Notes under the pieces: model-generated | The model's database searches: none | What the model saw: the letters and a program-made list of their open reading frames with translations, nothing else | Told to the model about the DNA's origin: nothing | In this document: piece after piece, positions 1 through 13,300 of the stretch | Layout of the letters: each line of letters opens with the position of its first letter | How positions within the stretch are numbered: position 1 is the stretch's first letter | Assembly: GCF_026914265.1 (NCBI RefSeq) | Contig: NC_069133.1 | Location: forward strand, 48,609,355-48,673,354 | Length of the DNA: 64,000 nucleotides | Source of the DNA: Mya arenaria | Lineage: Eukaryota | Direction of reading: 5' to 3' | Program-made: the position numbers and the translations under genes

Positions 1-3000
1 CAGTGCCGGATGAATGCGATGGTTTTGTCTTCGCTTTAAATATAGCGGGGAATGGGCCTTACCTAGGGTCCCTTGGGTGCGGGGGCATTTGGCGGGGATT
101 TAGCCATCTGTTCGTTCCCGCAGGGCTGGGATTTTAGCCGGGGTTGGCTGGACCGAAAGTCAAAGTCCCCGCTATTCCCCGGACCTGGGGGGGGGGGGGC
201 GTGGTTACAATTGACTGGTGCATAAGCAAATGATTTGTGCACACATTAAAAAATATTTATAATATCTTATAAGCGTTGTGTTTGCGCTCTTTTACCTGGA
301 TAATTTGTGGCCACGTAGCTATTAATTGATAAATCAAAGCTGATATTGTTTTAGCATTTACACAAATAATATGCTTTTTTGTTTTGATCATTAAGTCAAA
401 TGAGTAAAATGTAATATTGCCATAACAGTAAAATAAATATAAAAAAATGCGTCAACCTATATTGTCAATTGAAAATATTGTAAAATTGATAATGGTATAG
501 AAAAATATCAGTATAGTTTTATGTGAAGGTAAATATTTGGCTTGAACACTAAAAAGAAGCCAAAGAATTTGCAGTCAAGACGGCAACCTATATATGGAGC
601 TGCAACCTATCTCTGTACAATCTTTTAAAATCTTTTAAATATTTGTTCACAAGTACACGTACTTGTTATATTTAAACAAAACTTTTGTTATATGCGTTTT
701 TCACAAACCATTACCTCATTTTCTGCTAAATCCGAGCCGAAATGATAAATGGGCCTGTAACCTACCAGTCGGAGTGCGTACATGTTGGAAACATTGCAGA
801 AGTGTTCTCGAAAACGTTTACAGTTTCAATGAAAATATGGATATGCTTATACACATTAGGTAGATGGGCATATGACAGGCTATGTTTAAATACCAAGAAA
901 CTATAATAATTATAGGTATTAACTTGATTTTCGTCTCGAGTCGAGCGGTTTGGTGACGCCATCTTGCACTGAAACCAACCATTTGGTCACGTGGATTCCC
1001 TGTCGTGCCACTTTGAAAGTCTTAAAACAGCGCATGTGTTGTCAGAAAAATATAAGCTTATAATATTTTCTGTTTTGGAAATGTTTTTGTAAGTTCTATA
1101 TTTTGGTAACACGTGTTAGACTAATTCAATTCACCGTTTCATTAGGACTGTAGGACATGCAATGAGAATGTAGCTTAAACAAAGATATCTTATATTACAA
1201 TATGACAATATTTATAAACATGACATTAGTTATAAACAATTCAAATGCAAAATATATCGATATACATCAAATAAAAACCAAATTTAACAAAAATAGATCA
1301 TGGATTTTAAGAATTAATTTAATAGTCAACTATCCATAAATGTACAGCAAAAATATGCTCTGATTTTTGCCACAGCGGATCCGTTTCCATGGCATATCGT
1401 GCAATTATTCAACGAATAAAATAGTACATGTGAATGGCATGGGCTGATATCTTATAAGAGGGACCATGCATGATATGTGCATCCACTGGGCACGAAATAC
1501 GGGCCGCCGCACAGCACTCATGACAGACTGTTGTATATAAGATATCATTTTATGGTTGTTCATTGGCAAACCAAAGTGCACCTCTACCAACGTCAACCAA
1601 AGTAAAGACCGTGTAGCTACGCAGGCAGTGATATGATTCATGAGGCATTAACACTAAAAAACAAATATTCGGTTAGACTGTGAGCAATTGTCTTGATTGC
1701 CAATTAAACAATAACCAAACCATGGCGTTCCAACATATGGGAGACTCTTAAAGTGACACTTAGTAATGGAAAATATTAATTACTGATAACAAAACTGTAA
1801 CCGTGTATTTATTAGCAGAAAGTTCTTTTTTTAAACGATTGGTGAATGCTTAAAGATTTACTGTGGTCTACTATAGCCCCAAAAGGTAGAAATACCATGT
1901 TTTATGAACATTTCTTTCAAATTAAACTCGGTATTCTTCATAAAAACCATTGTTTTCGACATATATCAATCCTTTTTGATATTAAAACAGTACTACAAAT
2001 TATGGTAAATCTTATTTGGGAGTAAGAGTGCATCTTTAAAGAAAATAACAGGTTAGCAAATCACAGGTTATTGCCGTCGTTGGGAATTATTAATCTGGCA
2101 GTGCGTATGAATTTATTAATATATATATAGTCTAGACCTAAACTGTTATCGTGTGAGACTGGTCTCTTATGTTTTGATTAATCGCGCAATAGATCGCAGG
2201 CAATTTAACAATTCTTTTTGTGCAACATGAAGTTATAAATTCAATGAAATATTTAAGATTATTTTTTAGCTTTTCTCAATTTCACGACTTTTATTCTTGA
2301 AGTTACAAAATAGGAAAAGAAAACGAAAATGTACATTAATAAACTTCAAAATGCATCTTTGCGTTTAACAAAATAAATCAACTACAGTAATTTTATAAGT
2401 GGTTGCTGACATTTGAACAATGCAAAAGATGTAAAAAAGCAAAACCCTCAGAAAAAGACGTACTCGTATTTTATGTATATTTACATTTGCCAATTGTTTA
2501 TGTTGATAAAACTTGAAGGGTGCAATGGCGTTATTTTTAATTTTAATATTGCCCTCCAAATGGATAAGCGCGCCGTCATTTATATTATAACATAAGACGT
2601 TTTGAAAATTAGCTATTCCTTTATAAAAACGTAAACATTTCTCTATGAACAAAATACTCAAATACAGAAATTACCGCTAATTTTGAATCGTAATGAATAA
2701 TTATTTAAATTGCAATTTGCTCGCGTGCCCTATTGCGTTTTAACAGCATAAAGGCAAGAAAAATGCAATCAACACTTTAACAACTGCAATAAGAATACGG
2801 GTTTCATCACACATAATTTTCCCATCTTACAATTATATTGTCTAAAACTTAAAAACTAATGTCGACCTGAAATGATTAAATTAACAATTCACAGTTGAAC
2901 ACAGTGGTTTTAAAAAATTGTATTTCCAGTTTCACGTTTTAAACAGAACAATACAACTGTTGAACAACGACACTTTATTACTACATTGCTGTGTCTAGAA

Positions 3001-3601
3001 AAACACACTGTTAATGCACAGTATACCGGATGTAAGTTGGCTTAAAGAAACCCTTTTTTATATATGTACATTCCTTTCGCTGTTACATTCTTAATCTAAT
3101 GTATCTAAGGAACACAATTCTTGATACACTACAGCGTATTTCTCTATTGTAGTAAGTTATTCATAGTGAATACTATGTTTCATATATAGCTATGCTTGTG
3201 GTCGGTATTGTATTTCACTTTATGTTTTGGTTTGAATGAATAAACATGTATGTTTATTAGAGTTTATCAAGGTCTGCCCGCGCCCATTGGCTGCATTATG
3301 GCTTGACCCCGCCGTGACGCTATCACGACTTAAATTGTGTTTAAATGCCGTAAGTGACATGAGATAGAAGTGACAGCAATTCGCAGTCAAATCCAAAGAT
3401 TGGAAGACTTGAAGAAACAGAGTGAGATTCAAGAGATCCGGGTGCGATACCATAGCTCTTTGATAAGAGACCTCTTTAACGTGCTCGGTTTCTCCGCCTT
3501 GTCACATTAATTTAATCGGTTAAAATTATGGGAACGAAATTTATAATGAACAAAAGTAGACGAGCTCTTTTTTGACATCCGCAACACTTTATTTATAGTG
3601 T

Positions 3602-3745
3602 GCCTACAACTTAGTACCTTGTGGTCACAACTTAGTAATTTGAGGCCACAACTTAGTAACTTGAGACCACAACTTAGTAACTTGCAACTTGGTAACTTGA
3701 GGCGACAACTTAGTAACCCGAGGCCACAACTTAGCACCTTGTGCG
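3602..3745. repeat. 21-bp minisatellite x about 7 (ccacaacttagtaacttgagg)
   Basis: Direct reading. Explains the minus-strand ORF 3507..3737 with the LSCGLKL periodicity. Confidence 0.85.
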
Positions 3746-3825
3746 ACTAGTCTGACCAGTCAAAACAGCTGTTTCATTTTTGTAATCTTTGCTTTGGAAA
3801 TAAATAACTGAGGAAGTTAGCCTCT

Positions 3826-4110
3826 TTAACGGTCCGCCCGGTTAGCTCAATCGGTAGAGATTCCCGGGCGGGCCAGGTCACTTCTGTTGTGATTGGTTAT
3901 GAAATTCTTTCTACAACCATTCGCACTGTACCACTGCCCATGGCATGTAAAGAAGTTGTCAGTTCCTTGCAGAGGTGAAGGCACCTAGTACTGGTTCTGC
4001 CCAGGATAGGTGTGCGGTGGTCGAACTGTCACTCTGGGACCCTTCAATGTGCTCACGCCGGGACCCGGAGTATAAACTACTAACACCCCAACTCCCCCCC
4101 CCCCCCCCCC
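3826..4110 (+). mobile_element. Possible tRNA-derived SINE: tRNA-like head (GCCCGGTTAGCTCAATCGGTAGAG, an A-box-like sequence), a degenerate B-box-like GGTGGTCGAAC, and an about 22-nt poly-C tail
   Basis: The head resembles the tRNA acceptor plus D-arm but the cloverleaf is not completed. It ends in a homopolymer. Confidence 0.3.
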
Positions 4111-4594
4111 TCCTCTTTAACATTTGATATTGCACAACTACCTGATGCGTATGTTGGTGGGGAAATTCGAGCAGCTAATAAAATGAATGATTTGTTAGAT
4201 TATTTGTGTACAAAATACCAAACCCATAGAAATGTACCATTTTGGTCAACATGGTAACCAAGCGCAATATACAAGACATATCGTAGATGACGTATATATC
4301 AAAAGGGTCTTTCAGGAAAGTGTTCGTTCGAACTCGTACGGTATAAATATTTTTAGATAAATTTCAGGTCGTGTTCTTTTTTATGTAGCATGCCAGACTG
4401 GATGATAATCAACAATTACGTCAATCTTACTCTAGCCTAAAATTTTGGGAAACTATAGCAGTAGCCGTGGAACACTACCACCGAAAGAATGTACATATTT
4501 ACGAAAACGTGGTTTCTGAAAACCAACTTTCATTCGATATTCTAGTACCATGTATAAACAGATATATCAAGATTTATTTCAAAATAATGTAGTA

Positions 4595-4795
4595 CATTTG
4601 TACAGTCGAAACCCGTTGGGTCGAACTTACAGGGACCGGCGAATTTACTTCGAGACTCGCAAAGATCGAGCCAAGCGGGAAAACTTACCTTCAGTTTGTA
4701 AAGACCGGTCCTTTACATGTAGTTCGAGCCAACGAATAATTCGAGTCAAACGATTTCGAGCCAACGGGGTCCGACCGTATTATAATGTTGTATTG
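4595..4795. repeat. About 200-bp imperfect palindrome (hairpin-forming, MITE-like) with internal TTCGAGCCAACG direct repeats
   Basis: The arm 4601-4650 is an imperfect reverse complement of 4700-4790. Confidence 0.4.
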
Positions 4796-6699
4796 TGCTT
4801 CATGTATTTATAAAGTATAACTGAAATCAGAATGAACATAATGCTAAAACGAATGTGTTGAACCTAACCGTTCATTTTATTATATCAGGCCGATATTTCT
4901 ACGAATACGAATACGAATGTGTATTTGTATGAAAGGCCGCCAGAAATCAACCTCTTCATGAACTCTTCCCGTTGTTTACTACATTCATATACAAATTTTG
5001 CTTCAATGTAAATCTCTCTATTGTTTTCAACAGCCATAATTCTGGTGAATAAATGTACAGTTTCTAAATGATTTAACTAATAAGGAGGAAACCTATTTCG
5101 TCTTATGTATCCTACAATAATCTTAAGAAAGTAGTACACATTTCACCTTGTCTGTGAACTTTCTATCACTGCCTAGGGATTGCCATTCCAGATAATGTAA
5201 AAACACATACTTTATTTATATAGAATACAAATGTTTCACAAACTGAACACAGACTCTTTGTAAATGAAGACTAGACAGTCGTTATACGTCTGAAAGAGTC
5301 AGATATGATTATCCCGTCAGTAGGCGTATAATCAGTCGTATTAAGAGGATAGTTTTAATGTTCCCACACACCATTATGGATTCGGGAAAAGTCAAACGCC
5401 CCCCACGTTTTAGCTACCGTATTATATCATGTATAGGACGCTAGCATAGATAGGACGCAGGCAAAAAAAAATGTCGAGAAAACGGGTAAAACCCCTTAAT
5501 ATATAAGATAGGACGCAGCGGAAAAATGTCAAAATCGGAGCCGAAAAATTGAGGTTGGTAAAGTATTTATAATATATATTGAAGTAAAAACACAAACAAA
5601 AATTGTATATAAGGCATATTTCGATAAGTGTCTTGTGTATTTCGATAATTATCGTCGTATTTCGGTAATTAAGCGTACACAACAATGATATATGTCTTGA
5701 CATTTTGCGAACATTCACGCATAATATAAGACTTGTACAAATGCTGTAATAGACTAGTTCTGACTGACAGTCAATCGTTGCAACCGTTGCATCTCCCGAC
5801 ATGCCTTCTGAATGACAGTCAACCGTTGCAACCGTTGCAAAACTGTGTATTGTCAAAACTAATGATTGTTTTGATAAGGCTTGTCGCTGCGCGGATTAAA
5901 GCATGTCAGCATAATTATTGCGTGTCGGTAATTAGCGTTGCCAGCAGAAGGCACCTTGGGTAAAGTGCGAACAAACAACAATACGGTATTACCATCGCAA
6001 TAGTTCGTTCTATTGATGTTTTTCTAATGACAGACAGCGGGTGTTTTTCACACCTTCGCACCTTTGAAAAGATTTGATAGTGACAATAATGCTACTTTGC
6101 GTTATGCACATTCCTTTATTATTTTTTTAAAACAGTAACATACAACAAAATGTTTTGTAAAATATCGAAACATTAAAATCATGAACAACGATTAATTGAT
6201 AAATACCTCCTTTCCCGATTTTCCGTTGCCGTTATAACTCAATCCAGTTAAAGTGCTGACTCACATCGAGTTTTTGTCAGTAGCGTCCCTTTTGTAAAAA
6301 AAAGGTAGTTAGCATGTCAATTCCTTTCTCTTTTATTAGGTTAACCAGACAAGTACAGCCTAAATGTTGTTGACAGCATATGCTGCAAACCGTCAGTGGC
6401 GTATATAGGCTTAAAAACTTGTAGGCCCGATCGTTTTCTGTGAGTTTTGGGACTTTTTTTATGTGCATTAGACACACTTAGTTATATTTGCAATGATAGC
6501 AATAAAATCAAGCAAAAAACCCTGCATGTAGTTTAAATAAACGCAAAAAATTGATTAATATTAAACAAAATATTAAGTTGTTTCAAAGTGTTTGAATAGC
6601 TATTAGATTTTATTGCGTTTTGGGGGTTATTTAAATTTTGTCGTTTTTACAAAACGTTGTAGGCCCAGGCCTACAAGGCCTATAATATGTATGTACGCT

Positions 6700-6742
6700 T
6701 CTATATATATATATATAACATAGCATAACATAACATAACATT
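6700..6742. repeat. (TA)n followed by (ACATA)n microsatellite
   Basis: Direct reading. Confidence 0.8.
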
Positions 6743-6911
6743 GTGTTTATTGTAATATAAGGCCACCAGCCCAGAATACATGTAACAAATTGTAGTATTT
6801 AGTACGTCAAATATGAACTATATTGGATATTTATAAAACATGTTTTATGTTGTTGCACAAATCAAGCATATCAAAGTAATGGTCATATACAAATATATGT
6901 AAACATATAAC

Positions 6912-6935
6912 CACACACACACACACACACACACT
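6912..6935. repeat. (CA)n microsatellite
   Basis: Direct reading. Confidence 0.85.
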
Positions 6936-7099
6936 CACATATACATATAGATAGTTCCATTTCATGTATTAGTAGTTGTACAATAAATTATCTGTGTAAG
7001 ATCAGTTGCTTTCTCAAATCGAATGCTTTATACACGAATTTAGTTAGCGAGAATATCTCACTAGTGGCATCAGTGCACATTATATTATTGAACAATTGA

Positions 7100-8650
7100 A
7101 AGCTTGAATGAGTGAGCCAGGTAGTCCGGAACAGTTCACGTCGTAAACCATCGTAAGAAGGACAGACCAGAAGAAAGTGGTACTCATCTTCTATTACATT
7201 GTAACCAGTACTCGAGCATAATGGACAGGATCGGATTTCCCGTGCAATATTCTAGTGTCTTCCTTTTTCTATCATATCAAGCGTATGACCTGAGCATCTT
7301 AAGTTTGCAAAACATTTTTTCCAAGGATATGGTAGGTCTATTGACAAATAACGTTCTGGGTCAAGAAGAGTTTTATAGTGTTTATAATGTTCAGCTTTTG
7401 GTGACGACTCAATATTTGCATACAAGTTCTGTATGGAACAGTCTTTCAACCTGTTCGTGAACATTTTCATGAATATGTTTGGTTGACCAACATCTTGCGC
7501 TATCCATGCGTATCCAAAGCCGTGTTCAAATATGATATTTTTAATGTGTGTTACCCAACTACTACGACCAGCATTATCCATATTCAAAAGCATAATGTAA
7601 CACTGACGTGGATATCTATTACTGGTCATGTTCATAATTTTGATCCAATATCTAACACATTTTGGAAGATAAATTGTCAGCATTGGTAGTCTACCACACT
7701 CGCTCAAAGCAAAAAAGTTTGAAACTGTTCTATTTAGCCCACACAGTTTCTTGCAGAAGTTATAATGCACTTTTTCTATGTTCTGGCAGTATTTGTATCC
7801 CCAAATTTCTGACGAGTAACATAAAATTGGCGTTACCATAGAGTCGAATAGTTTAAACGCATCTTTGATATGAAAATGACCAAAATGATTTTGGTAGCGG
7901 AATATAACTGAAATTGCTTTCGTTACCTGTTTTGAAAGATGATCGGTTGTCATAGCCCATCTTAATTTAGGCGTAAAAAATGAGCCGAGGTACATATATG
8001 ATGACACAACTTCAAGTTGTATTTCCCTGTACCACCATCTTTCATAATGCCGCAACGTGCCCCCGTTTCGGAAAACCATTACTTTTGATTTGTCCGTATT
8101 AATGTTCATACCTGTGCTGTCACAGAACCTATCGATAAGGTTAATTTGAGCTTGTAGATTACGGGCTCTATATATATACATGGGTGGTAAAAATAACACA
8201 TACAATTGCATAAGCCATATACAGTTAAAATGTTTTCTAGTTCTTAAGTTTTACACAATATAATTTTACAGGCGGATAGCGGATGCGTATTAAATGGTTA
8301 CTTATTATGGACCCGTGCACAAGAAATACAATTCGTACAAAGGTTCCTGTTTTCGCCTTCGTTTCGTCGCTCCTTCGCCTTCGTATCTTCCTGTCTTCGC
8401 CTTCGTCCCTTCGCTCCTTCGCCATCGTACTTTCCTGTCTTCGCCTTCGTCCCTTCGCTCCTTCGCCTTCGTACTTTCCTGTCTTCGCCTTCGTCCCTTC
8501 GCTCCTTCGCCTTCGTACTTTCCTGTCCTCGCCTTCGTCCCTTCGCGTCTTCGCTCCTTCCAGTAAGGGCGAAGACACGATGGCCCTACCGGTAATCTTT
8601 CTCGCACTCTCTCGGCTCGAACCATACTCACAGTAACGCAGAAATGCATA
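7100..8650 (-). mobile_element. 5'-truncated non-LTR (LINE) retrotransposon fragment: C-terminal part of the reverse transcriptase/ORF2 (ORF 7252..8211 minus strand) plus degenerate upstream region
   Basis: The 319-aa ORF carries LINE RT C-terminal hallmarks: NINTDKSKVMVF, YLGSFF, and a downstream ...LRCSGHTL... region like the LRTGH motif of many LINE ORF2 tails. The upstream RT core domains are absent from the ORF, so the element is truncated or decayed. Confidence 0.6.
8356..8565. repeat. 44-bp tandem repeat x about 4.7 (ccttcgtcccttcgctccttcgccttcgtactttcctgtcttcg)
   Basis: Direct reading. Produces frame-shifting R/E-rich pseudo-ORFs on both strands. Confidence 0.85.
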
Positions 8651-10314
8651 TCAGACGGAGCTCTAATGAATTGTTCAACGAATGTTTTGTGGAAAGTGGC
8701 GGAGCCGGACCATGTTAAACCACACAGGACAATCTTTATCGCTCTCCCATGGCAACGAAGACGGAATGTTTGTTTTCATGGTCAGACATGCATCATCTAT
8801 GAAAAAACAGCTTTTGTTTTTCAAATTGAAATTAGCTTACAATATGCGTTTTTGCTTCTTCGAGCGCATATTGAACGAACCATCCATGGTCAATGTGCCC
8901 CCAAACCCCGATCCCACTACCACTGTTTCAGATGTTTACGTTTTCAATATTGCGTTCTAGCAAGTTGTGCAAGTTCTATAGACGATCTGAAATTTGTTTT
9001 CTTATTTCAGGACGTTTACATCAACAGAACATGTGCATGTACATGTAGTTAAATCTATGTAAAATTACATTTGATTACAAGTTTGTTTGTTTTCTTAAAT
9101 TTTCGAGTAAAAACTTCTGAAAACAGAAAACACCAGACCATCATCTCACTCTTTACTTCCATGTTTTTATTGTGATCCCGACATAATAACTAATATCCAT
9201 ACAAACATACCTGATAAAGATGAGCACTAGCGTCGAATCTATGTATCGGATGATGATGGATATAAGATGATCGTCAAGAAGTAATAAGTCCGTCAGGTCT
9301 CAGTCGTGGTCAGTCAAAGTCTATCTGTTTCCTGCTAGCTGGTTCCCTACATCAGCTTCTATTAGACTGGTTATCATAAATGAATAATATGACTGGTTCC
9401 CAGATCACAACATTTTTAAGTACTGCAACGGAAGACGCATAGGAACATTTTCAACGAATAACAGACTGTTAATTAAATTGTGACAATTTTAACCCGCATA
9501 TGAAACTGTGGGCGAAACGTTCATCCTAAACTCAATAATAAATTGTAGCTAATGAGAAATATCTTATGTTTCAATTTAAAATGAAAAACATTAACAATTA
9601 CTCTGGAAGCTTCATTCGCATTAACCTGGCTCGTCTTGGTAAGTGAAAAACAGAATGTTAAACTTGAATATAAATGACCGCTTTCGATTGAAACAAACAA
9701 AGTTATAATTTTAAAAAGTCATTTGAAAAGAATATAATTATCTTTGATTAGATATATTTACAGTTCTAAACCATTTAATCATATCCGTAAAATCCGATCG
9801 TGTGAAATTTCTCGCGTTATCCGGGTTATAACTATCCTTTCCCGTGTAGCCTTCCCATGTAGCCTGCCCTTTAAGCGCAATCATACCTGGGAAATGGCCG
9901 AGGATAATTTAAGCGCAGTCTCCCATCGCAATGAACTCTCCCTTGCCGTAAAGGCAAAGGGAAGTAACCGCTGCATCATTTCAATACTCTTCATATTGGA
10001 GATAATGTCAACAATCCTGAATTACTTTTTGTGGTGAAATCGTTGTTAAGCATGATGAAACAAGTCTGTAAGTATGCATTTAAGTTAGTAAGTAAATTTG
10101 TGATAATGGTGCTACACGTACAGTATTTGAACGCTATTGCTGACTGTATATTGCTCTTAAAGATTGAAACTATACAACTTAATATAATTTGATGATTTGT
10201 GTAAGGTGTGTCAGTCTCTGATCAGCTGACACTGACAGCTGGGCTGCGGAGTCAGATCCGGTGAAATATTTTGTATTTTTCAACTTTGCTGTATTTGCAT
10301 GATAGAAGATCATC

Positions 10315-10366
10315 ATGTCAAGCAGAGGGAGTGAAAATCCATTGCTGTCAAAATGGACAACAACAG
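10315..10366 (+). CDS. TEP1: TEP1-like exon 1 (ATG; [18 protein letters not shown]), putative
   Basis: ATG followed by a short ORF ending at a GTAATT donor. Phase 1 matches the next exon. The assignment is inferential. Confidence 0.4.
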
Positions 10367-13300
10367 GTAATTTGCTTGTATAAATATATGCAATTCTATA
10401 TTATATACTGAGTATACATTTGTACATGTACAACTATTGGTTTCTAATATGTAACATATCCAATAACTACTAGTCGCCCATCAATAGGGCATACTTTTCT
10501 TCTAATTTTAAGGCTTTTCTAAGGGAACATGGAAACAATTTCTAAAGCACTGAAAGTTTCATAAAATCTTTAATCAACATCACTTTAAAGCTGCATTCTC
10601 ACAGATTGAATGTTTTGACAACTTTGTTATTTTTATACCCCCACAAACGAAGTTTGAGCGGGTATATAGGAGTGAGCTTGTCGGTCGGTCGGTTTTCATG
10701 GTTTCCGGACGAGAACTCATGAAAGGCTAGACAGATTTGAAAATTTTTTGGTACACAGGTGTAACATCATGAGATACAGGTCAAGTTCGATATTGGGTCT
10801 GGTGGGGCCAAGGTCAAGGTCACTGTTACTAAAAATAGAAAAACGGTTTCCGGACAATAAATCATGAAAGGCTAGACAGATTTGAAAAATTTTTGGTACA
10901 CAGGTGTAACATCAGAAGATACAGGTCAAGTTCGATATTGGGGCTGGTGGGGCCAAGGTCAAGGTCATTGTTACTAAAAATAGAAAAACGGTTTCCGGAC
11001 GATAACTCATGAAAGGCTAGTTTTTCTTGTCAGCAGTGTAACTTCTAAATTACTCAACAGATTTAAATAAAACAATACATGCATGATAAAAGAAGATGCA
11101 GTGTGCAGTAACCTTGGAGTTATGGCCTCTTTTCAAAGGAATGGTTTGCCATTCCTGTGTCCAGGCGGCATTTGGGGGTATTCGTCACTCCTGTGACAGC
11201 TCTAGTTTGTCTTGGAACAAGCCAATTTTTGGGTAAAAATCTAGGGAAACCAGTTATTTAAGACTGCTGACAAAAATTTAGATCACAGATTTTTATATTT
11301 AAGTTTAAAATTGATGTTTTATGCATTTTTCTTAAACCGTTAGTAACCGTAAAAAATTAATTTTCAAACGGAAATATGAAAATCTGCGATCTGATCTTTT
11401 GTCAGAAATCTTTAATCATTAGTTTGCAGATATTTACGCAAAAATTTGCTCTTTCCAAGACATGAAATAAGAAAGTTGTAAAAATGTTATATCTGTGAGA
11501 GTGCAGCTTTAAGAAGTACATATGCATATAATTTTAACTGTATTTCAATAAAACATTTTTTTTTTTTGGTTCAAGAATTACACAGCTTTTGATATATGTT
11601 GGTTGTCTTGCATAATTAAAATAAAACTGACTTCATCTTAGGATTAGCTGGCTCTCTCCAGTCATCCACACTTTTATCAGGGAGTGTTGGTCAGGACACG
11701 CGAAAACGGAAACCAGATAGCAAGAAATCAGATGTTTGTGAAAAAAAGTCTCGAGACAGCCTCCTGTCTGGCCTCACAGGCAACACATTGCTGGGTAGTA
11801 CTGGTTCAAAGTCTACAATGCTCAGTGAGTAATCATGTGCTGGTGACTATTTGATAGTCATTTTTCATTATGTGTATTTCTCCATTTTTTCCTTAGGGCT
11901 ATTCCAGTTAAACATATGTCCCACCCCAGGACGGCAAAATAAAGAAATTCTGTAGGGGGTAGGTCTTTTTCTTAATTTGCTACTGTAGGGGGTGGTGATA
12001 AGTCCAATTTCGCTTCTATAGGGGGGCGTCATTTTCTTTTTTGCTTTTGACCGTATCTGCTCATTTATATTCACTGCCCGATGGTGAAATACCGTTTTTT
12101 TTTATCCATATAACATATTTTACCGAACGTCGTGTACAGAATTGGTTTGGATACAAATCTTCGCGATATTACGCGTCGGTTCCGCGGTACCGGAAATCAG
12201 AAGAAGTTGCGTCCTTTGACAACAAGATGGCGGAGGCGCCAGAATTTGTAAAGTCGTGACCAACCTACAAAATTGGCTAGAAACCAATAGTTGCGCCGCA
12301 TGTGTGGATACGTTTCGTGGTAAGTATACCAAATTGCAGTGTTCGACACTAACGGGGTCCCGGGATCCCGAGGACACCAGTTTTTCAGGAGGGACACCTG
12401 AACTTCGAAGTCCGGTATTCCGTCGGGACACTTTAAATTTCTGACTGATAAACGCTAAATATCAATAAATAAGTAGCATTTAATTAATTTATTACCTAAA
12501 TTCGGGCTCCCTAAATTTCTTGACAGCACATGTCAAAACAATATTATTAATTATCATTATCGGACTCATCAAAGCCACGGATAGGTCCGTGTCAAAGCGA
12601 AAGTATAGCTGACTATTTGACTATAGTTACGTCATGAATCTATAAATAAACAGGTCATTTCACAGGCGCATGCAGGTTAACGCTTCCGTTTTGTTGTTTA
12701 CATTTTAAACAAGGTCAGAGCTGACAGAGATTTATTATCGGTAAAATACTTATGTGGAATTGTTTTGCTTATGTGTCAGAACCGCCCAAAAAGATGCCAA
12801 CTCTGATGATACCTTTTATATAATATGATGCGACCTTTGAGTATTTACAGTAACATTTACGACACAAAAGAACTGCATCCTACATTCAGCATTCTTTGTT
12901 AATTGGCATTCAACTTATCAATATTCTTTGTTAATTTTAAAGACATATATTTTATGCCTTGATAAAAAATAATAGAAATAAAATTTGCAGGGTTTTATTC
13001 ATTAATTCAATAAATTTATAAAATTTTATGACTTTTTGGCGCGAAAATTAACATGTATACACAATTTTTGGTCGTCTGCTCTTCCAGTATGCACTACGAC
13101 TGTTGGGCAGTCTGATTGATTTATCAACAGCTCTACTAAATATTGATTGGAGTTTTCACAAGCCAGATGTAATATTCCTACAGTTTCTTAATGAAAAGCA
13201 CCGACATTTGACAAGACCCTGAACCATGATGTATTTTATGCGTATTTTCCAAAAATCTAAAAATAGTAACAACATCAAGTTTTTGTTTACATTGTATCCA

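Noticed and set aside
4550-4813. 87-aa ORF
   Set aside because: It lies entirely inside an about 200-bp imperfect palindrome with internal direct repeats. There is no splice or start context.
5422-5963. 144-aa minus-strand ORF and 76-aa plus-strand ORF
   Set aside because: The region is AT-rich and full of short direct repeats (GATAGGACGCAG x2, TATTTCG(A/G)TAA x3, GACAGTCAA(T/C)CGTTGCAACCGTTGCA x2). There is no coding signature.
8237-8649. Basic R/E/K-rich ORFs of 113-117 aa on both strands
   Set aside because: They are generated by the 44-bp tandem repeat. The frames shift every unit because 44 is not a multiple of 3.
9744-10037. 97-aa ORF just upstream of the putative TEP1 start
   Set aside because: It has no recognisable domain or splice continuity. 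It could be 5'UTR or nothing, and the evidence is insufficient.
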